From: Chloroflexota bacterium | Lineage (GTDB): Bacteria; Chloroflexota; UBA11872; VXOZ01 | Direction of reading: 5' to 3' | Length of the DNA: 64,000 nucleotides | NCBI GenBank assembly: GCA_965221905.1 | Contig: OZ244922.1 | Location: 1,888,001-1,952,000, forward strand | Part shown: in pieces, positions 42,204 to 52,195 of the stretch | Layout: every line of letters begins with the position of its first letter | How positions within the stretch are numbered: position 1 is the first letter of the stretch | The notes under the pieces: generated by a model | Seen by the model: only the letters and a program-made list of their open reading frames with translations | Database searches by the model: none | What the model was told of the DNA's origin: nothing | Program-made: the position numbers and the translations under genes

Positions 42204-42250
42204 TCCTCCGAATTGAACGCTAGCAGTTTGCCCCACGGGGAGGTTGTGGT

Positions 42251-43636
42251 ATGTTTCAGAATCTGACCCGTCGCTCGTTCTTGACCGGCAGTGCAGTCAC
42301 GATGGCTGGAGTGAGTCTTGCGGCCTGCGGCCAAGTGGCCGTTGCGCCTGCTGAATCGGAGGCGCCCGCGGAGGCGCCACAAGCCGCAGGGCCAAGTGGG
42401 GAGAGTGAAAAGCCGGTAGTGTCCTACATCTGGTACGACACGGGTGGAGAGCCGCGCAAGACTAACTTCGAAGGGGCATTCGCCGACATGAGGGCGGCGC
42501 TTCCCGATATAGATATTCAGATTGACTATCATCCGGGAGGCGGTCTCGCCGCATATGCTGAGAAGGTGGTGGCTGCCCAAGCCGCCGGTCTCTCGTGGGA
42601 TGTTTACTGGGGGCATTTCTCCTTTCTGAGCCAGTTGCTCACTGGAGAAGTAATCGGACCGATCGATCCCTATCTCGCCGCCGACACGGAGATTTCGCCT
42701 GATGACTTCTACGAATTCGCGTTGGATCGAGTCAGCGGGCAAGTATATGGCATTGCCTACGTTACTAATGGAAAGGAGTTTTGGTACAACGCCGATCTCA
42801 TCGCTGAGGCGGGACTGACGTCGCCTCGTGAGTTGGAGGCGCAGGGCAACTGGACGTGGGATGCTGTCGTCGAGATGGCGGCGCGACTGACTGAAACCGA
42901 GGGTGACCGCGTTACCCGCTGGGGGTTCAACTATCCATACTGGTCCACCGGGTGGTTTGGCCACCACTTGCTGGCCTGGGGCGCCGACTGGTGGAACGAA
43001 GACTTCACGGCGCCGACCATCAACAGCCCCGAGGCCGTAGCGGCCACCCAGCAGGCGCTCGACATGGTGATCAAGCACCGGGTGTCGGCAGGACGGACGA
43101 AGGGCAAAGAGCCGAACGTCGGCGCTAACTTTACGAAACAGGAGGTCGCTACCGTCGTCACTGGGTCCTTCTACGTGAGAGTCATCGAAGCGAACGTCAT
43201 GCAGAAGCCGGATCCATTCAAGGTCGAAATGACGATGCTGCCCAACGGCCCGGCAGGTCGGAAAGTCGTCCAGGCGATCAACTCGAACTACTTTGGCAAG
43301 GAGCCTGCGCATCCTGAGGCAGCGTGGGCCGTGTATAAGTACTTCCTCAGCGAAGATATCCAGAAGTGGATGGCGGGCAACGGCGGCGGCCGCTACACGG
43401 CCAACAAGAGCTTCCAGCCCACCGTGCTGCAGCCCTATGAAGACCCAGCCGTCTATGCAGCCTCTGCCGAAATTAGCGTCCCCAACCGTCAGATTGTGCA
43501 GCAGTCCGCGGTCAATCGGGCATGGACCAAAGGATGGGAAGCCCTGGAAGGCGGGCAGCTTACCGTCAAGGAACATCTGGATGCATTGCAACACGTAGCG
43601 GAAACCGCTCTCGAGGAAGGCGGCTGCATCTGCTAA
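42251..43636 (+). CDS. Solute-binding lipoprotein, Tat signal, C-terminal GGCIC
   Basis: TRRSFL, LAACGQ, WYNADL, WGADWWNEDFTAP shared with the 8931/11066 proteins. Confidence 0.9.
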   Translation: MFQNLTRRSFLTGSAVTMAGVSLAACGQVAVAPAESEAPAEAPQAAGPSGESEKPVVSYIWYDTGGEPRKTNFEGAFADMRAALPDIDIQIDYHPGGGLAAYAEKVVAAQAAGLSWDVYWGHFSFLSQLLTGEVIGPIDPYLAADTEISPDDFYEFALDRVSGQVYGIAYVTNGKEFWYNADLIAEAGLTSPRELEAQGNWTWDAVVEMAARLTETEGDRVTRWGFNYPYWSTGWFGHHLLAWGADWWNEDFTAPTINSPEAVAATQQALDMVIKHRVSAGRTKGKEPNVGANFTKQEVATVVTGSFYVRVIEANVMQKPDPFKVEMTMLPNGPAGRKVVQAINSNYFGKEPAHPEAAWAVYKYFLSEDIQKWMAGNGGGRYTANKSFQPTVLQPYEDPAVYAASAEISVPNRQIVQQSAVNRAWTKGWEALEGGQLTVKEHLDALQHVAETALEEGGCIC

Positions 43637-43683
43637 GGTTTTCCGAGCGAGCGGGGGCTTGTTTCACTCGCTCGGAAAACCTT
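43635..43683 (+). terminator. Long hairpin after the SBP gene (terminator or mRNA stabiliser)
   Basis: AAGGTTTTCCGAGCGAG/CTCGCTCGGAAAACCTT perfect 17-bp stem. Confidence 0.6.
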
Positions 43684-43781
43684 ATGCGAGGGCATTCGCT
43701 ATCCTGGTAGGCACAAAATGGCAGGGGTACGCTGTTCGGCTGTAGGGACGACAAAACACAAATCTACTTATTGGAGACACA

Positions 43782-44603
43782 ATGGCCACGAAAACGAACT
43801 TAGCGCTGCGACTGCACGGCAGACACTGGCGTACGCGGACCCTTGCCACCGCCGACTGGGAAGAAGAGGAGTTCGCGCTTGATCCGGATGAGACCGGATT
43901 CGTGGCTTTACATCTTTGGAACGTCGGTGACGTGAACGGCCCTCCCGTCCCGGAGAACTTCTCGGTGGATATGGGCAAGCCGGAGACCCAGGCAGAGTCG
44001 GTGCGGATTGCCGAGCAGTATGTCCGCCCGGCGATCCACGCGGCGCGCGCTGCCGGGCTAGCGATCTTCCACGTCGAGCCGCGCAATATCGCCCTGAAGT
44101 ATGATTCTGTCCATCACATGCTGGCGGAGGACGAACTCAATCCGCCGCGGCAAGAGCCGGGACCGCCGGCGGTCAATCCCGGTTGGCTCAAAGAGCGGGC
44201 GGAGCGGACGCACGGCAAAGGGTACATGGATTGGGAAGGATGGCAACAAATGCGCATCCTTTCCTCGTGTGAAGCTGAACCGGGCGACCAGGTGATCCTC
44301 ACCAGCGCTCAGTTCGACCGCATCTGCCGCAGTCGGGGCATCAAGAATCTCATCTACACCGGCTTTGCTACCAACATGTGCATTCTTGGCTCAGAAGGCG
44401 CTACTAAGCCCATGCTAGCGTACGGATATAAGATCTTCCTCATCCGCGAAGCGACGCTGGGAACTGAGATTCCAGAGACCTTCCATGACCGTCTGCTTAC
44501 GAGGGCAGCGCTAATTCAGTTCCAGAAACAGGTAGGCGACACCATCGGCTTTGACCAGTTCATGGCAGCGTGCCGCACCGTTGCCGCGGCAAGAATGGGA
44601 TAG
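43782..44603 (+). CDS. Isochorismatase-like cysteine hydrolase
   Basis: AARAAGLAIFH, RGIKNLIYTGFATNMCI, GYKIFLIREAT. Confidence 0.75.
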   Translation: MATKTNLALRLHGRHWRTRTLATADWEEEEFALDPDETGFVALHLWNVGDVNGPPVPENFSVDMGKPETQAESVRIAEQYVRPAIHAARAAGLAIFHVEPRNIALKYDSVHHMLAEDELNPPRQEPGPPAVNPGWLKERAERTHGKGYMDWEGWQQMRILSSCEAEPGDQVILTSAQFDRICRSRGIKNLIYTGFATNMCILGSEGATKPMLAYGYKIFLIREATLGTEIPETFHDRLLTRAALIQFQKQVGDTIGFDQFMAACRTVAAARMG

Positions 44604-44609
44604 GGAGCA

Positions 44610-45521
44610 ATGTTTCCTAACGGCGCGGAGTTCTGTCTCAGTCTGCGTCCCGCGGTTGAGATGTGCACGAATTTCCCTTACTGGACGTCTCAGTGGAACC
44701 ACCTGAAGGGCGCATTGGATGACGACAGCAAAGACTATGTGCTCAAAATGCATGAGGTAGCGAGCACATACGGGGCGCCTCTCTACTTCCTCTTGGTGGG
44801 AAGCTCCCTCGAGGACCCGGACATTGACTACCTCAAGCAACTGGTAGCCGCCGGACACGAGGTGGGTAACCACACGTACACACACCTCAATGTCAAGGCA
44901 AAGACGATCGAGAACTTGCAAGCGGTGTACGCTAACGCGCCGTGGCGGGCACATGGCCGCACGCCCCTGCAGTGTATCCAGGATGAGGTGTGTGCAACGA
45001 GCGCCGCGATTCGCGAAAGGCTTGGTGTGACCGTCACCGGGTTCGGTACACCGGGTGCGTTCAGTACCGGACTGCACGACGTACCCGAGGTCCAAGCGCT
45101 GCTCAAAGAGGAAGGGTTCACGCACGTCACGTCGCACTACCTCAGTCCGGCGCCGCGCGGGGTTAAGCGTCCTCCCCTCGATCAACTCGAGAACGCCATG
45201 CGTAAGAATATCGACAAACTGCAGCCGTATCGGTATCCAAATGGTCTGTTGGAAATCGCGCCAATGGGGTTGACCGACATCGGGGCCTTTAGAGTTCTTG
45301 ACCTGGATCGTTGGGAGTACATCAGCCTGCTCAAGGCGGCGATTGACCACGCCCACGAGCGCCGGTACATATTGAGCTTTGCATTCCATCCGCCGGCGCT
45401 GGCCGCGCGCGACCCGCACTGCGACGTGCTGGATACCGTGATCCGTTATGCACAGGGGAAACCGAGAGGATGCTGGATTGCGACAAATAGCGAGATAGCC
45501 TCCTACTTGGGTGCCGCCTAA
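44610..45521 (+). CDS. Polysaccharide deacetylase-like protein (paralogue of 6269-7174)
   Basis: GHEVGNHTYTH, FGTPG, FHP; colinear with the 6269 protein, but TFDIE is replaced by RPAVE. Confidence 0.85.
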   Translation: MFPNGAEFCLSLRPAVEMCTNFPYWTSQWNHLKGALDDDSKDYVLKMHEVASTYGAPLYFLLVGSSLEDPDIDYLKQLVAAGHEVGNHTYTHLNVKAKTIENLQAVYANAPWRAHGRTPLQCIQDEVCATSAAIRERLGVTVTGFGTPGAFSTGLHDVPEVQALLKEEGFTHVTSHYLSPAPRGVKRPPLDQLENAMRKNIDKLQPYRYPNGLLEIAPMGLTDIGAFRVLDLDRWEYISLLKAAIDHAHERRYILSFAFHPPALAARDPHCDVLDTVIRYAQGKPRGCWIATNSEIASYLGAA

Positions 45522-45573
45522 GTGCGTAGAAGGGAGGGGATAGCATCGCAAAGTAAGGCGATTTCGTTCGGGT

Positions 45574-46014
45574 ATGTGTCTGGTTAAACACCACCGTGGA
45601 TCAGAGATGACGCTGCTTCCCAAAGGGCCCGGCGGCCAGCGGGCTACCGTACATTCGATTAATGCGAACTACATTAGCACCTCGTCGCTCGAACCGGACG
45701 CTACGTGGGAGTTCTACAAGTTCCTGATTGGATCGAATAGCGACTCCTTTATTGCCGACCTGGGCGGCAGACGCTACACAGCCATCCGCGGCCAAGTGCC
45801 GATTGTACAGTACGATTACGAGGATGCTGCGGTGTATGCGGCTATGACGGCTCTCAGCGTGCCAACCAAGCAGATCATCAAACAATCAGAGGTTGATGGC
45901 GCCTGGCGAGAGAACTGGGGAGCTTTCGAAGAGGGGTCGAAGACGGTACGAGAGGTGCAGGAGGAGATGCAGGCGTTGGCAGAGATTGCCATTGAGGATG
46001 GTTGTATCTGCTAA
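45574..46014 (+). pseudogene. C-terminal remnant of a GCIC-family solute-binding protein
   Basis: LPKGPGG, PDATWEFYKFL, LGGRRY, ends EDGCIC; lacks the signal peptide and N-terminal two thirds. Confidence 0.8.
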
Positions 46015-46545
46015 AGAATTCAGATTGAACTCCTCTTCCAGGTTGGCGATCTCGGCGTGTGCCCTGAACCATCCCAGTGGGACGCTGAAAGTTAGCGGTA
46101 TGTAGCCGTTGACCCAGCACAGAATGGCTTTCGCCGCTTGCTGCAAGCAAGTGGTTGTCATGCCGCGCACCTTTGAAAGTGGATCAACTGGCAACCTTTC
46201 GGGCAGGGCACTCCAGAGAGACTAAAGGCCATGTGCTCCCGAGAGCGGGAGGCCTGCTTTTCGTGGAGGCTGGCGTTGGTACCCACGCTGTGCTATGAGC
46301 GCAGCGTGGGTACCTTCTTTGCTGATGTTTCCCTGCTCCAAAGTGAATCACTTTTCTGCGCCGCCGTGGGAATGGATTCAGACTACATGCCCAGTCTGCA
46401 ATTTCCCTCCCTTTGATCGCCGCTTGGAGGAATTACGCCGCGCCCTTCCTGTGGCTTGCCAAGTGAGGCAACCTTGCGTGGGAGACGGCACTGTACCCTT
46501 ACTTTTCGTACGATTTCTCAACCGTACCAATCGGGGCAGTTGGCT

Positions 46546-46734
46546 ATGAGATGAATCCTTAACACGACTGCGGATGCGCTGCTCTTCATGCTCGCAATTG
46601 TGGTCTTCTACATCGGATTAGGCGTAGGCTTGCAGCGTGAGCCGACCATCGGCACGATCCTCTGAATTGCTGCAAGGGCGATTGCGCTACTCAATTTGCT
46701 GTGGATCTTCCGCTCGCGATTACAACAGAACTAA
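46546..46734 (+). pseudogene. Small 2-TM membrane protein with two in-frame TGA codons
   Basis: MR*ILNTTADALLFMLAIVVFYIGLGVGLQREPTIGTIL*IAARAIALLNLLWIFRSRLQQN*; TGA at 46552 and 46663. Confidence 0.5.
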
Positions 46735-46997
46735 CTGTGCCAAGCAAACCCCGCGCAGTGAATCCGAGACGGTAGTTGACTTGTAGAATGGGCGCAGAAC
46801 AGCGGATGAAGCTGGAAGACTCATCGCTTAGCCGAGACTCAAAAAATAGAGTGAGATCACGCATACGGCTCGCCTGTCGATGCTGCTACAGGAGGGCCAT
46901 AGTCATTGCCGCGTGACCCAGCAAACTCGTGCATCGCGTTTTCAATTGACGAGAGACCGATTTGCTTGCTAGACTGAGCTAGGAATACACCCCGCAC

Positions 46998-47072
46998 GGT
47001 GGCTGTAGCTCAACTGGTTAGAGCTCTGGACTGTGGCTCCAGCGGTTGGGGGTTCGAGTCCCCTCAGCCACC
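46998..47072 (+). tRNA. tRNA-His(GTG)
   Basis: G-1 plus GTGGCTG/CAGCCAC-C73; anticodon arm CTGGA-CTGTGGC-TCCAG; GGTTCGAGT T-loop; TTGACG-18-TAGACT upstream. Confidence 0.96.
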
Positions 47073-47240
47073 CCCAAAGCCTGGTATTTCTCAATCCTCC
47101 CAGTTGAGGGTGGCGCTTCGAGTCTGCCAATTGCTGGTTTCCCCCGGCCTGTCACCCGCTTTCACATCCCCGGCGTTAATGGGATTCCCAGGTACTGCAC
47201 CAGGATAGCTCTTGCTGCTGACAAAGAAACACCGGAAGTG

Positions 47241-47888
47241 ATGATTCCTGCGATTGATCCGGAAATCGACTACAAGGCATTTGTACGACGAGCCTATGAT
47301 GCGTGCGCGGCGGCGTACGACATTTCCCGAAAGGCTGAGCCAGGAATTGAGATACGGGGACTGTCAGACAGACTGAACGACGGCGACGCGGTGCTCGACA
47401 TCGGCTGCGGCGCCGGAACCCCGATCGCCAAGTCGCTGGCCGCACGCTACCGTGTCACAGGAGTGGACATTTCACAAGAGATGATCCATCGGGCACGGCA
47501 GAATGTGCCAACCGCCCACTTCTTGTGCGCTGACGTCATGTCGGTACGCTTTCCTCCTTCCAGCTTCAATGCGGTGGTGGCATTCTATTCCATATTCCAC
47601 CTTCCCAGAGAGGAGCACCCGGTCCTGTTTCGGAGGATCCACCGGTGGCTCAAGCCAGGCGGGTACCTGCTATGCACTCTCAGTCATTGCAGCGAGGAGG
47701 GCTACACGGAGGAAGACTTCCATGGAGTGACGATGTATTGGAGCAACTTCAGCCATGGGGAGTACAGAGAGATTCTGACCGGAGCGGGGTTCGAGCTGCT
47801 TGAGACAAAGTCAACGGGTTCCGGCTACGAATATGCAAACCAGGAGTTCAGCGAGGACCACCCTCTGGTCCTCGCGCGTAAGCAGTAA
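47241..47888 (+). CDS. Class I SAM-dependent methyltransferase
   Basis: VLDIGCGAG, VTGVDIS, FYSIFHLP, WLKPGG; start set at ATG 47241. Confidence 0.85.
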   Translation: MIPAIDPEIDYKAFVRRAYDACAAAYDISRKAEPGIEIRGLSDRLNDGDAVLDIGCGAGTPIAKSLAARYRVTGVDISQEMIHRARQNVPTAHFLCADVMSVRFPPSSFNAVVAFYSIFHLPREEHPVLFRRIHRWLKPGGYLLCTLSHCSEEGYTEEDFHGVTMYWSNFSHGEYREILTGAGFELLETKSTGSGYEYANQEFSEDHPLVLARKQ

Positions 47889-48088
47889 TCTTCGCGAATC
47901 CTACCGTTCTTTCCGTCTTCCGTGTGGGCGTTTTCGGCCACTTAAATTTGTGGGCTTGACTTGCTTGACAGATTGCCCAAGAGAGACTATAATTTCGCTA
48001 CTTTCGAGTAGCCCTAAGTTCTTTGTCAATGGCGACTTGAAGTAGGTGTTTTCGGCCAGTTTGCATAGCGATAGCGAGGTTTCAAGTC

Positions 48089-49150
48089 ATGGCCAACTAT
48101 GGCGAGTTGAAGGGCCGCTTGGACCGGGGTGACGTGGTCGTGTTGGATGGAGCCATTGGGACTGAGCTGCAGGCTATGGGCGTGCCTATGGACCCGGCCT
48201 CGTGGTGCGGCCCCGGCAACTACACGCACACCGCAACGGTGCGACAGATGCACGAGCGCTACATTCGTGCGGGGGCCGACATCATTACCACGAATACTTT
48301 CAACAACCTGCGCCCTGCGCTGGAGGCATCCGGGCACGGCGAGTTGATACGGGAGATAAACACGCGGGCGGTGGGCGCAGCGCTGGAGGCGATAGACCGG
48401 GCCGCTGGTGACAAGCAGGTGTATATTGCCGGCTCTATCTCTTGCCGAATCCCCATACGCGACGGCAGAACCGGAGCACTCCTTGGCGGCACTGGCTATG
48501 GCTATGGCGCCAGCCTCTCGAGGGAGGAGTTAAGGGCCTATGTCGACGAGCAGGCGAGTATCCTGGCCGAGGCTGGGGTGGACTTTTTCCTGATCGAGAA
48601 CTTGTGGGCCGATAACGAGTCCAGGGCGATCGCAACTGAGGCGGCCAAGGCTGCAGGACTGCCGGTGTGGGTGGCATTTACGGTGTCAATGGCGCCCGAC
48701 AGACAGACGGTTAGGATGAGTTCCGGAGACTACCGTGACTATATTCGCGGTATGGGAGTGCCGATGTGGACTTCAAGCTGGCGGACGGTTAATGATGATA
48801 TGACTCTGGCCGATGGCGTCAGCGAGATAGCCGCGCTGGGTCCCGATGTACTAGGCGTGTTTCACAGTAAGGTAGACGAAACCACGGCGGCGCTTCAGGT
48901 AGTCCTCGACCAATGGACCGGCCCCATTGTCGCCTATCCAGATGCGGGCAGGACCGATTACCTGGAGACTTGGCAGGACAAGAGCATTGTCAACGTGGAG
49001 TCTGCGGCGGAACTGACTAAGAAGGCCGCCAAGTGGGTCGGTATGGGAGTCCAAGTCGTAGGCACATGCTGTGGATTTGGCCCCGAGTACATCCGCGCTC
49101 TGAGCGGTGCGCTGCCGGACCGGGTCTCATCGCCGCGAGTAGGCACCTAG
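48089..49150 (+). CDS. Homocysteine S-methyltransferase family protein
   Basis: LDGAIGTEL, HERYIRAGADIITTNTF, AGSI, VGTCCGFGPEYI. Confidence 0.9.
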   Translation: MANYGELKGRLDRGDVVVLDGAIGTELQAMGVPMDPASWCGPGNYTHTATVRQMHERYIRAGADIITTNTFNNLRPALEASGHGELIREINTRAVGAALEAIDRAAGDKQVYIAGSISCRIPIRDGRTGALLGGTGYGYGASLSREELRAYVDEQASILAEAGVDFFLIENLWADNESRAIATEAAKAAGLPVWVAFTVSMAPDRQTVRMSSGDYRDYIRGMGVPMWTSSWRTVNDDMTLADGVSEIAALGPDVLGVFHSKVDETTAALQVVLDQWTGPIVAYPDAGRTDYLETWQDKSIVNVESAAELTKKAAKWVGMGVQVVGTCCGFGPEYIRALSGALPDRVSSPRVGT

Positions 49151-49229
49151 GAATCTCCGCGCAGAACTGACGTAAATTAAGGCACATTCGACGTAGAACA
49201 GACATCCAGATCGACAGGAGGGGTCGTAT

Positions 49230-50762
49230 ATGGAATCCAAATCACTGGTGATTGTGGGAGCGGGAGCAGCGGGGACGGCTGCCGCCATCGAAGCGGCCCA
49301 GGCCGGGGTCCAGGTCACGCTCATCGACGAGAATCCCATTGGCATGTCTATGATGGGGTTAGACGTACCTCTGTACTTCGGCAAACGAACCATGGACTCG
49401 CTGGACGATAGGGCCCTGATGCTGCAGAGGGTGGCCGCGGCTAACGACGCTTTGGCGGGGGCTGAGAGGGTCGGCGTTGACGTTCAGCTTGGTACCTGCG
49501 TGTGGGGTGCTTTTTGCAATACTGATACCAGTAGGAAACTGGACGGCCCGCAACTCGGTCTGGCAGACGACAAGCGGTCGTGGATGATAAAGTACGATCG
49601 ACTGATCGTGGCAGCAGGCTCCCGAGACTTGAGTATGTCCTTTGCCGGGTCGAACCTGGTAGGGGCAATGGGAGCCAACGGCGCTCACTCGCTGCTGAGT
49701 CGCTACCAGGCATTGTCCTCGCGGCGCATGGTGGTCCTGGGCTCCGGCAACTTGGGTCTTAACACCGCCAGGATGGCTCTGGATAGCGGGATTGAAGTAG
49801 CCGCCATCGTGGACGTGACCTGCTCCGCGCGCGGCGATGAGACTCTCATGGCGGGGCTGCAAGAAGAGGGCGTTACGCTATATACCTCCCACACCGTTAA
49901 GGAGGCCGTCGGCAAGGCCGACGATATCGATTCGGTCGTGCTGATCGAGATCGACGACAACAACGAGCTGATTGCCGGCTCTGAAAGGGCCATCGCCGCC
50001 GATACCGTGTGCCTTGCAATCGGCCTGGTGCCCAACATAGAGCTACTTAGTCTTCTGGGCTGCGACATAACCTTCAAGTCCGAGCTTGGCGGGTACGTGC
50101 CGGACTGCGATGACTGGATGCGGACCAGCGTTGACACCGTGTTCGTCGCGGGTGATGTTGCCGGCTTCCACGACGGCATGGTCCTGGACCCAGAGATTGC
50201 ACACAATCAAGGTCGCCTCGCCGGCATTGCCGCTGCCGAGTCGCTTGGCGCTATCGACAGAGCGCAGGCCCTGGCCCGGAGGTCTGAGATTCAGGCCGAG
50301 GCCGTCACCGCAACACCGGCTGAAGTACACACGGTCTGGAAGAAGTGGCTGCAGTCGTTGGTCAATGCCGGTGGGCTGGATGTTTTCGCCTGTCCGTGCG
50401 AGGAGGTTACGCGTGGTGACCTCATTGGCTTGCAGCCTCCGCGATACTTGAATTGGCGGTCGGAGCAGATGAGTAGTCGAAGCCTCCAGACCCAGGCGAA
50501 GGATGACCCGGTCAATCCAGACCAGGTCAAGCGCCTGACACGGGCCGGAATGGGCCACTGCCAAGGCCGACTCTGCAGTGAGCAAGTGTCTTTACTGCTT
50601 GCCGAAGAATCTGGTACCGATATAGCAAAAGTACCGTATATGTCCTTCCGGCCGCCCGTTCGACCTTTGCCGCTGAGTGTCATGTGGCCGCACGATGAGA
50701 CGGAGCAGATGCGCGAGAATTGGGTCAAGTGGTTCGTTCCCGTGAGTAGAGTGTTGGGGTAG
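49230..50762 (+). CDS. FAD/NAD(P) oxidoreductase with BFD-like Fe-S domain (opine oxidase A / HcnB / sarcosine oxidase alpha-like)
   Basis: GAGAAG, VFVAGD, CPCEEVT, KRLTRAGMGHCQGRLC, RPPVRP. Confidence 0.85.
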   Translation: MESKSLVIVGAGAAGTAAAIEAAQAGVQVTLIDENPIGMSMMGLDVPLYFGKRTMDSLDDRALMLQRVAAANDALAGAERVGVDVQLGTCVWGAFCNTDTSRKLDGPQLGLADDKRSWMIKYDRLIVAAGSRDLSMSFAGSNLVGAMGANGAHSLLSRYQALSSRRMVVLGSGNLGLNTARMALDSGIEVAAIVDVTCSARGDETLMAGLQEEGVTLYTSHTVKEAVGKADDIDSVVLIEIDDNNELIAGSERAIAADTVCLAIGLVPNIELLSLLGCDITFKSELGGYVPDCDDWMRTSVDTVFVAGDVAGFHDGMVLDPEIAHNQGRLAGIAAAESLGAIDRAQALARRSEIQAEAVTATPAEVHTVWKKWLQSLVNAGGLDVFACPCEEVTRGDLIGLQPPRYLNWRSEQMSSRSLQTQAKDDPVNPDQVKRLTRAGMGHCQGRLCSEQVSLLLAEESGTDIAKVPYMSFRPPVRPLPLSVMWPHDETEQMRENWVKWFVPVSRVLG

Positions 50763-50793
50763 GCAGTGATCAGTGGATCAACGGAGTGGCAGT

Positions 50794-51960
50794 ATGCTTA
50801 GTAACAGAGCAGACGTAGTCATCATTGGTGGTGGCATTTCGGGCCTCAGCACAGCCTATTATCTGGCCAAGGCGGGCAAGGATGTCGTCGTCGTCGAGAA
50901 AGGGATCGTTGGAGCCGAGGCTTCCGGGTGCAACGGCGGGATAATCAGCGAGCGAATTGACGAGCCGGATTTGGTTCCGTTGGCGGTGGAATCTGTGAAA
51001 TTGTGGCCGACGCTGGACGATGAGTTGGGCTATCCCACTGAGTTCGTGCAGCAAGGTAGGCTCCAAGTTGCCGTTTCAGAAGAGGAGATGGACCGCTACT
51101 TAACCGAGCAAGAGGTAGGGGAGCGCTTCGGCGTACGTGTGGACCTGGTGGACCGTTTCGAAGTACAGGACATGGTACCCTGTATCACCGATAGGACGCT
51201 CGGCGGGATCTTTTTACCAAAGGGCGGTCACGCCAACCCTCAGCGGACGGTCCAGGCATTTGCATGGGCTCTTCAAGACAGGGGCGGCAACCTCTACCAG
51301 AATACCGCCGCCACGGGCTTCAAGCTCGCTGACGGGAGGGTCTCGGCGGTCGAGACGACCGCCGGCATCATTGAGGCCGACACGGTGGTTTGCGCTGCTG
51401 GGCCACAGACGGCGTTGATTCTAGAGATGGTGGGCGTTCGCGTTCCCCTAGCGCCGGCAAGGGCAGAGATTATTGCCACCGCTCCCTTAGAGCCACTCTT
51501 TCAATTCGCCCTAGCGGGAAACGGACTCTACGGGCGCCAGGCCAAAAAGGGTAATCTGCTCTTTGGTGGAGGACCCCACGAATGGATTGATGTGGATCTG
51601 ACCACCTATCCCAGCAAGCCCAACACTCCCCTCATTCGGAACATTGCCAGGCGGCTTGCAGACTTGCTTCCAGGGGTAGCGGACGTGCCTGTAATCCGGA
51701 GCTGGGCCGGGGTGATAGAACAGGCCCCGGACTCCATGCCTATCATTGACATCCTGGACCGGCCGAGCAACTTTGTGTTTGTCTCCGCATCGGCTCATGG
51801 ATTCGCCATCGCAGCCGCCACGGGCAGGGTCGTGAGCGAATTGGTGCTCCACGGAGAATCCAGCACCGACATTAGTGGTCTCCGTTTGAGCAGATTTGCC
51901 AATGTCGGCCCCAACTGGAGGGAAGAACTCGGATGGATTCCGACTCCCGCCCGGTCCTGA
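50794..51960 (+). CDS. DAO-family FAD oxidoreductase (opine oxidase B / HcnC / sarcosine oxidase beta-like)
   Basis: IIGGGISG, ASGCNGG, GHANP, RSWAG, HGF; start at ATG 50794. Confidence 0.88.
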   Translation: MLSNRADVVIIGGGISGLSTAYYLAKAGKDVVVVEKGIVGAEASGCNGGIISERIDEPDLVPLAVESVKLWPTLDDELGYPTEFVQQGRLQVAVSEEEMDRYLTEQEVGERFGVRVDLVDRFEVQDMVPCITDRTLGGIFLPKGGHANPQRTVQAFAWALQDRGGNLYQNTAATGFKLADGRVSAVETTAGIIEADTVVCAAGPQTALILEMVGVRVPLAPARAEIIATAPLEPLFQFALAGNGLYGRQAKKGNLLFGGGPHEWIDVDLTTYPSKPNTPLIRNIARRLADLLPGVADVPVIRSWAGVIEQAPDSMPIIDILDRPSNFVFVSASAHGFAIAAATGRVVSELVLHGESSTDISGLRLSRFANVGPNWREELGWIPTPARS

Positions 51961-52195
51961 GCTCTGCCCTCGCTCACGCCCAGTCGCACTGCTCTCTTTG
52001 AAGTCTTTGGTGGCGGTCCGCGTCTGCAATCGTCTCGTCAAGTAAGGCTGCCGTTCAGTGCTGCTGTTCAAGTGTCCAATTGCGGTGGACTCATTGGGAG
52101 AGACAAAGGTTGCGAGATCGCACTGGAGCGATGATGCCTTTGGGGCGGTTTGATGTACAACTCTCTAATAAGCACTCTGGAATCTGTCCGTAACT

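Noticed and set aside
45886-46194. Minus-strand ORF, possible decayed gene
   Set aside because: Overlaps the SBP remnant and has no recognisable motif.
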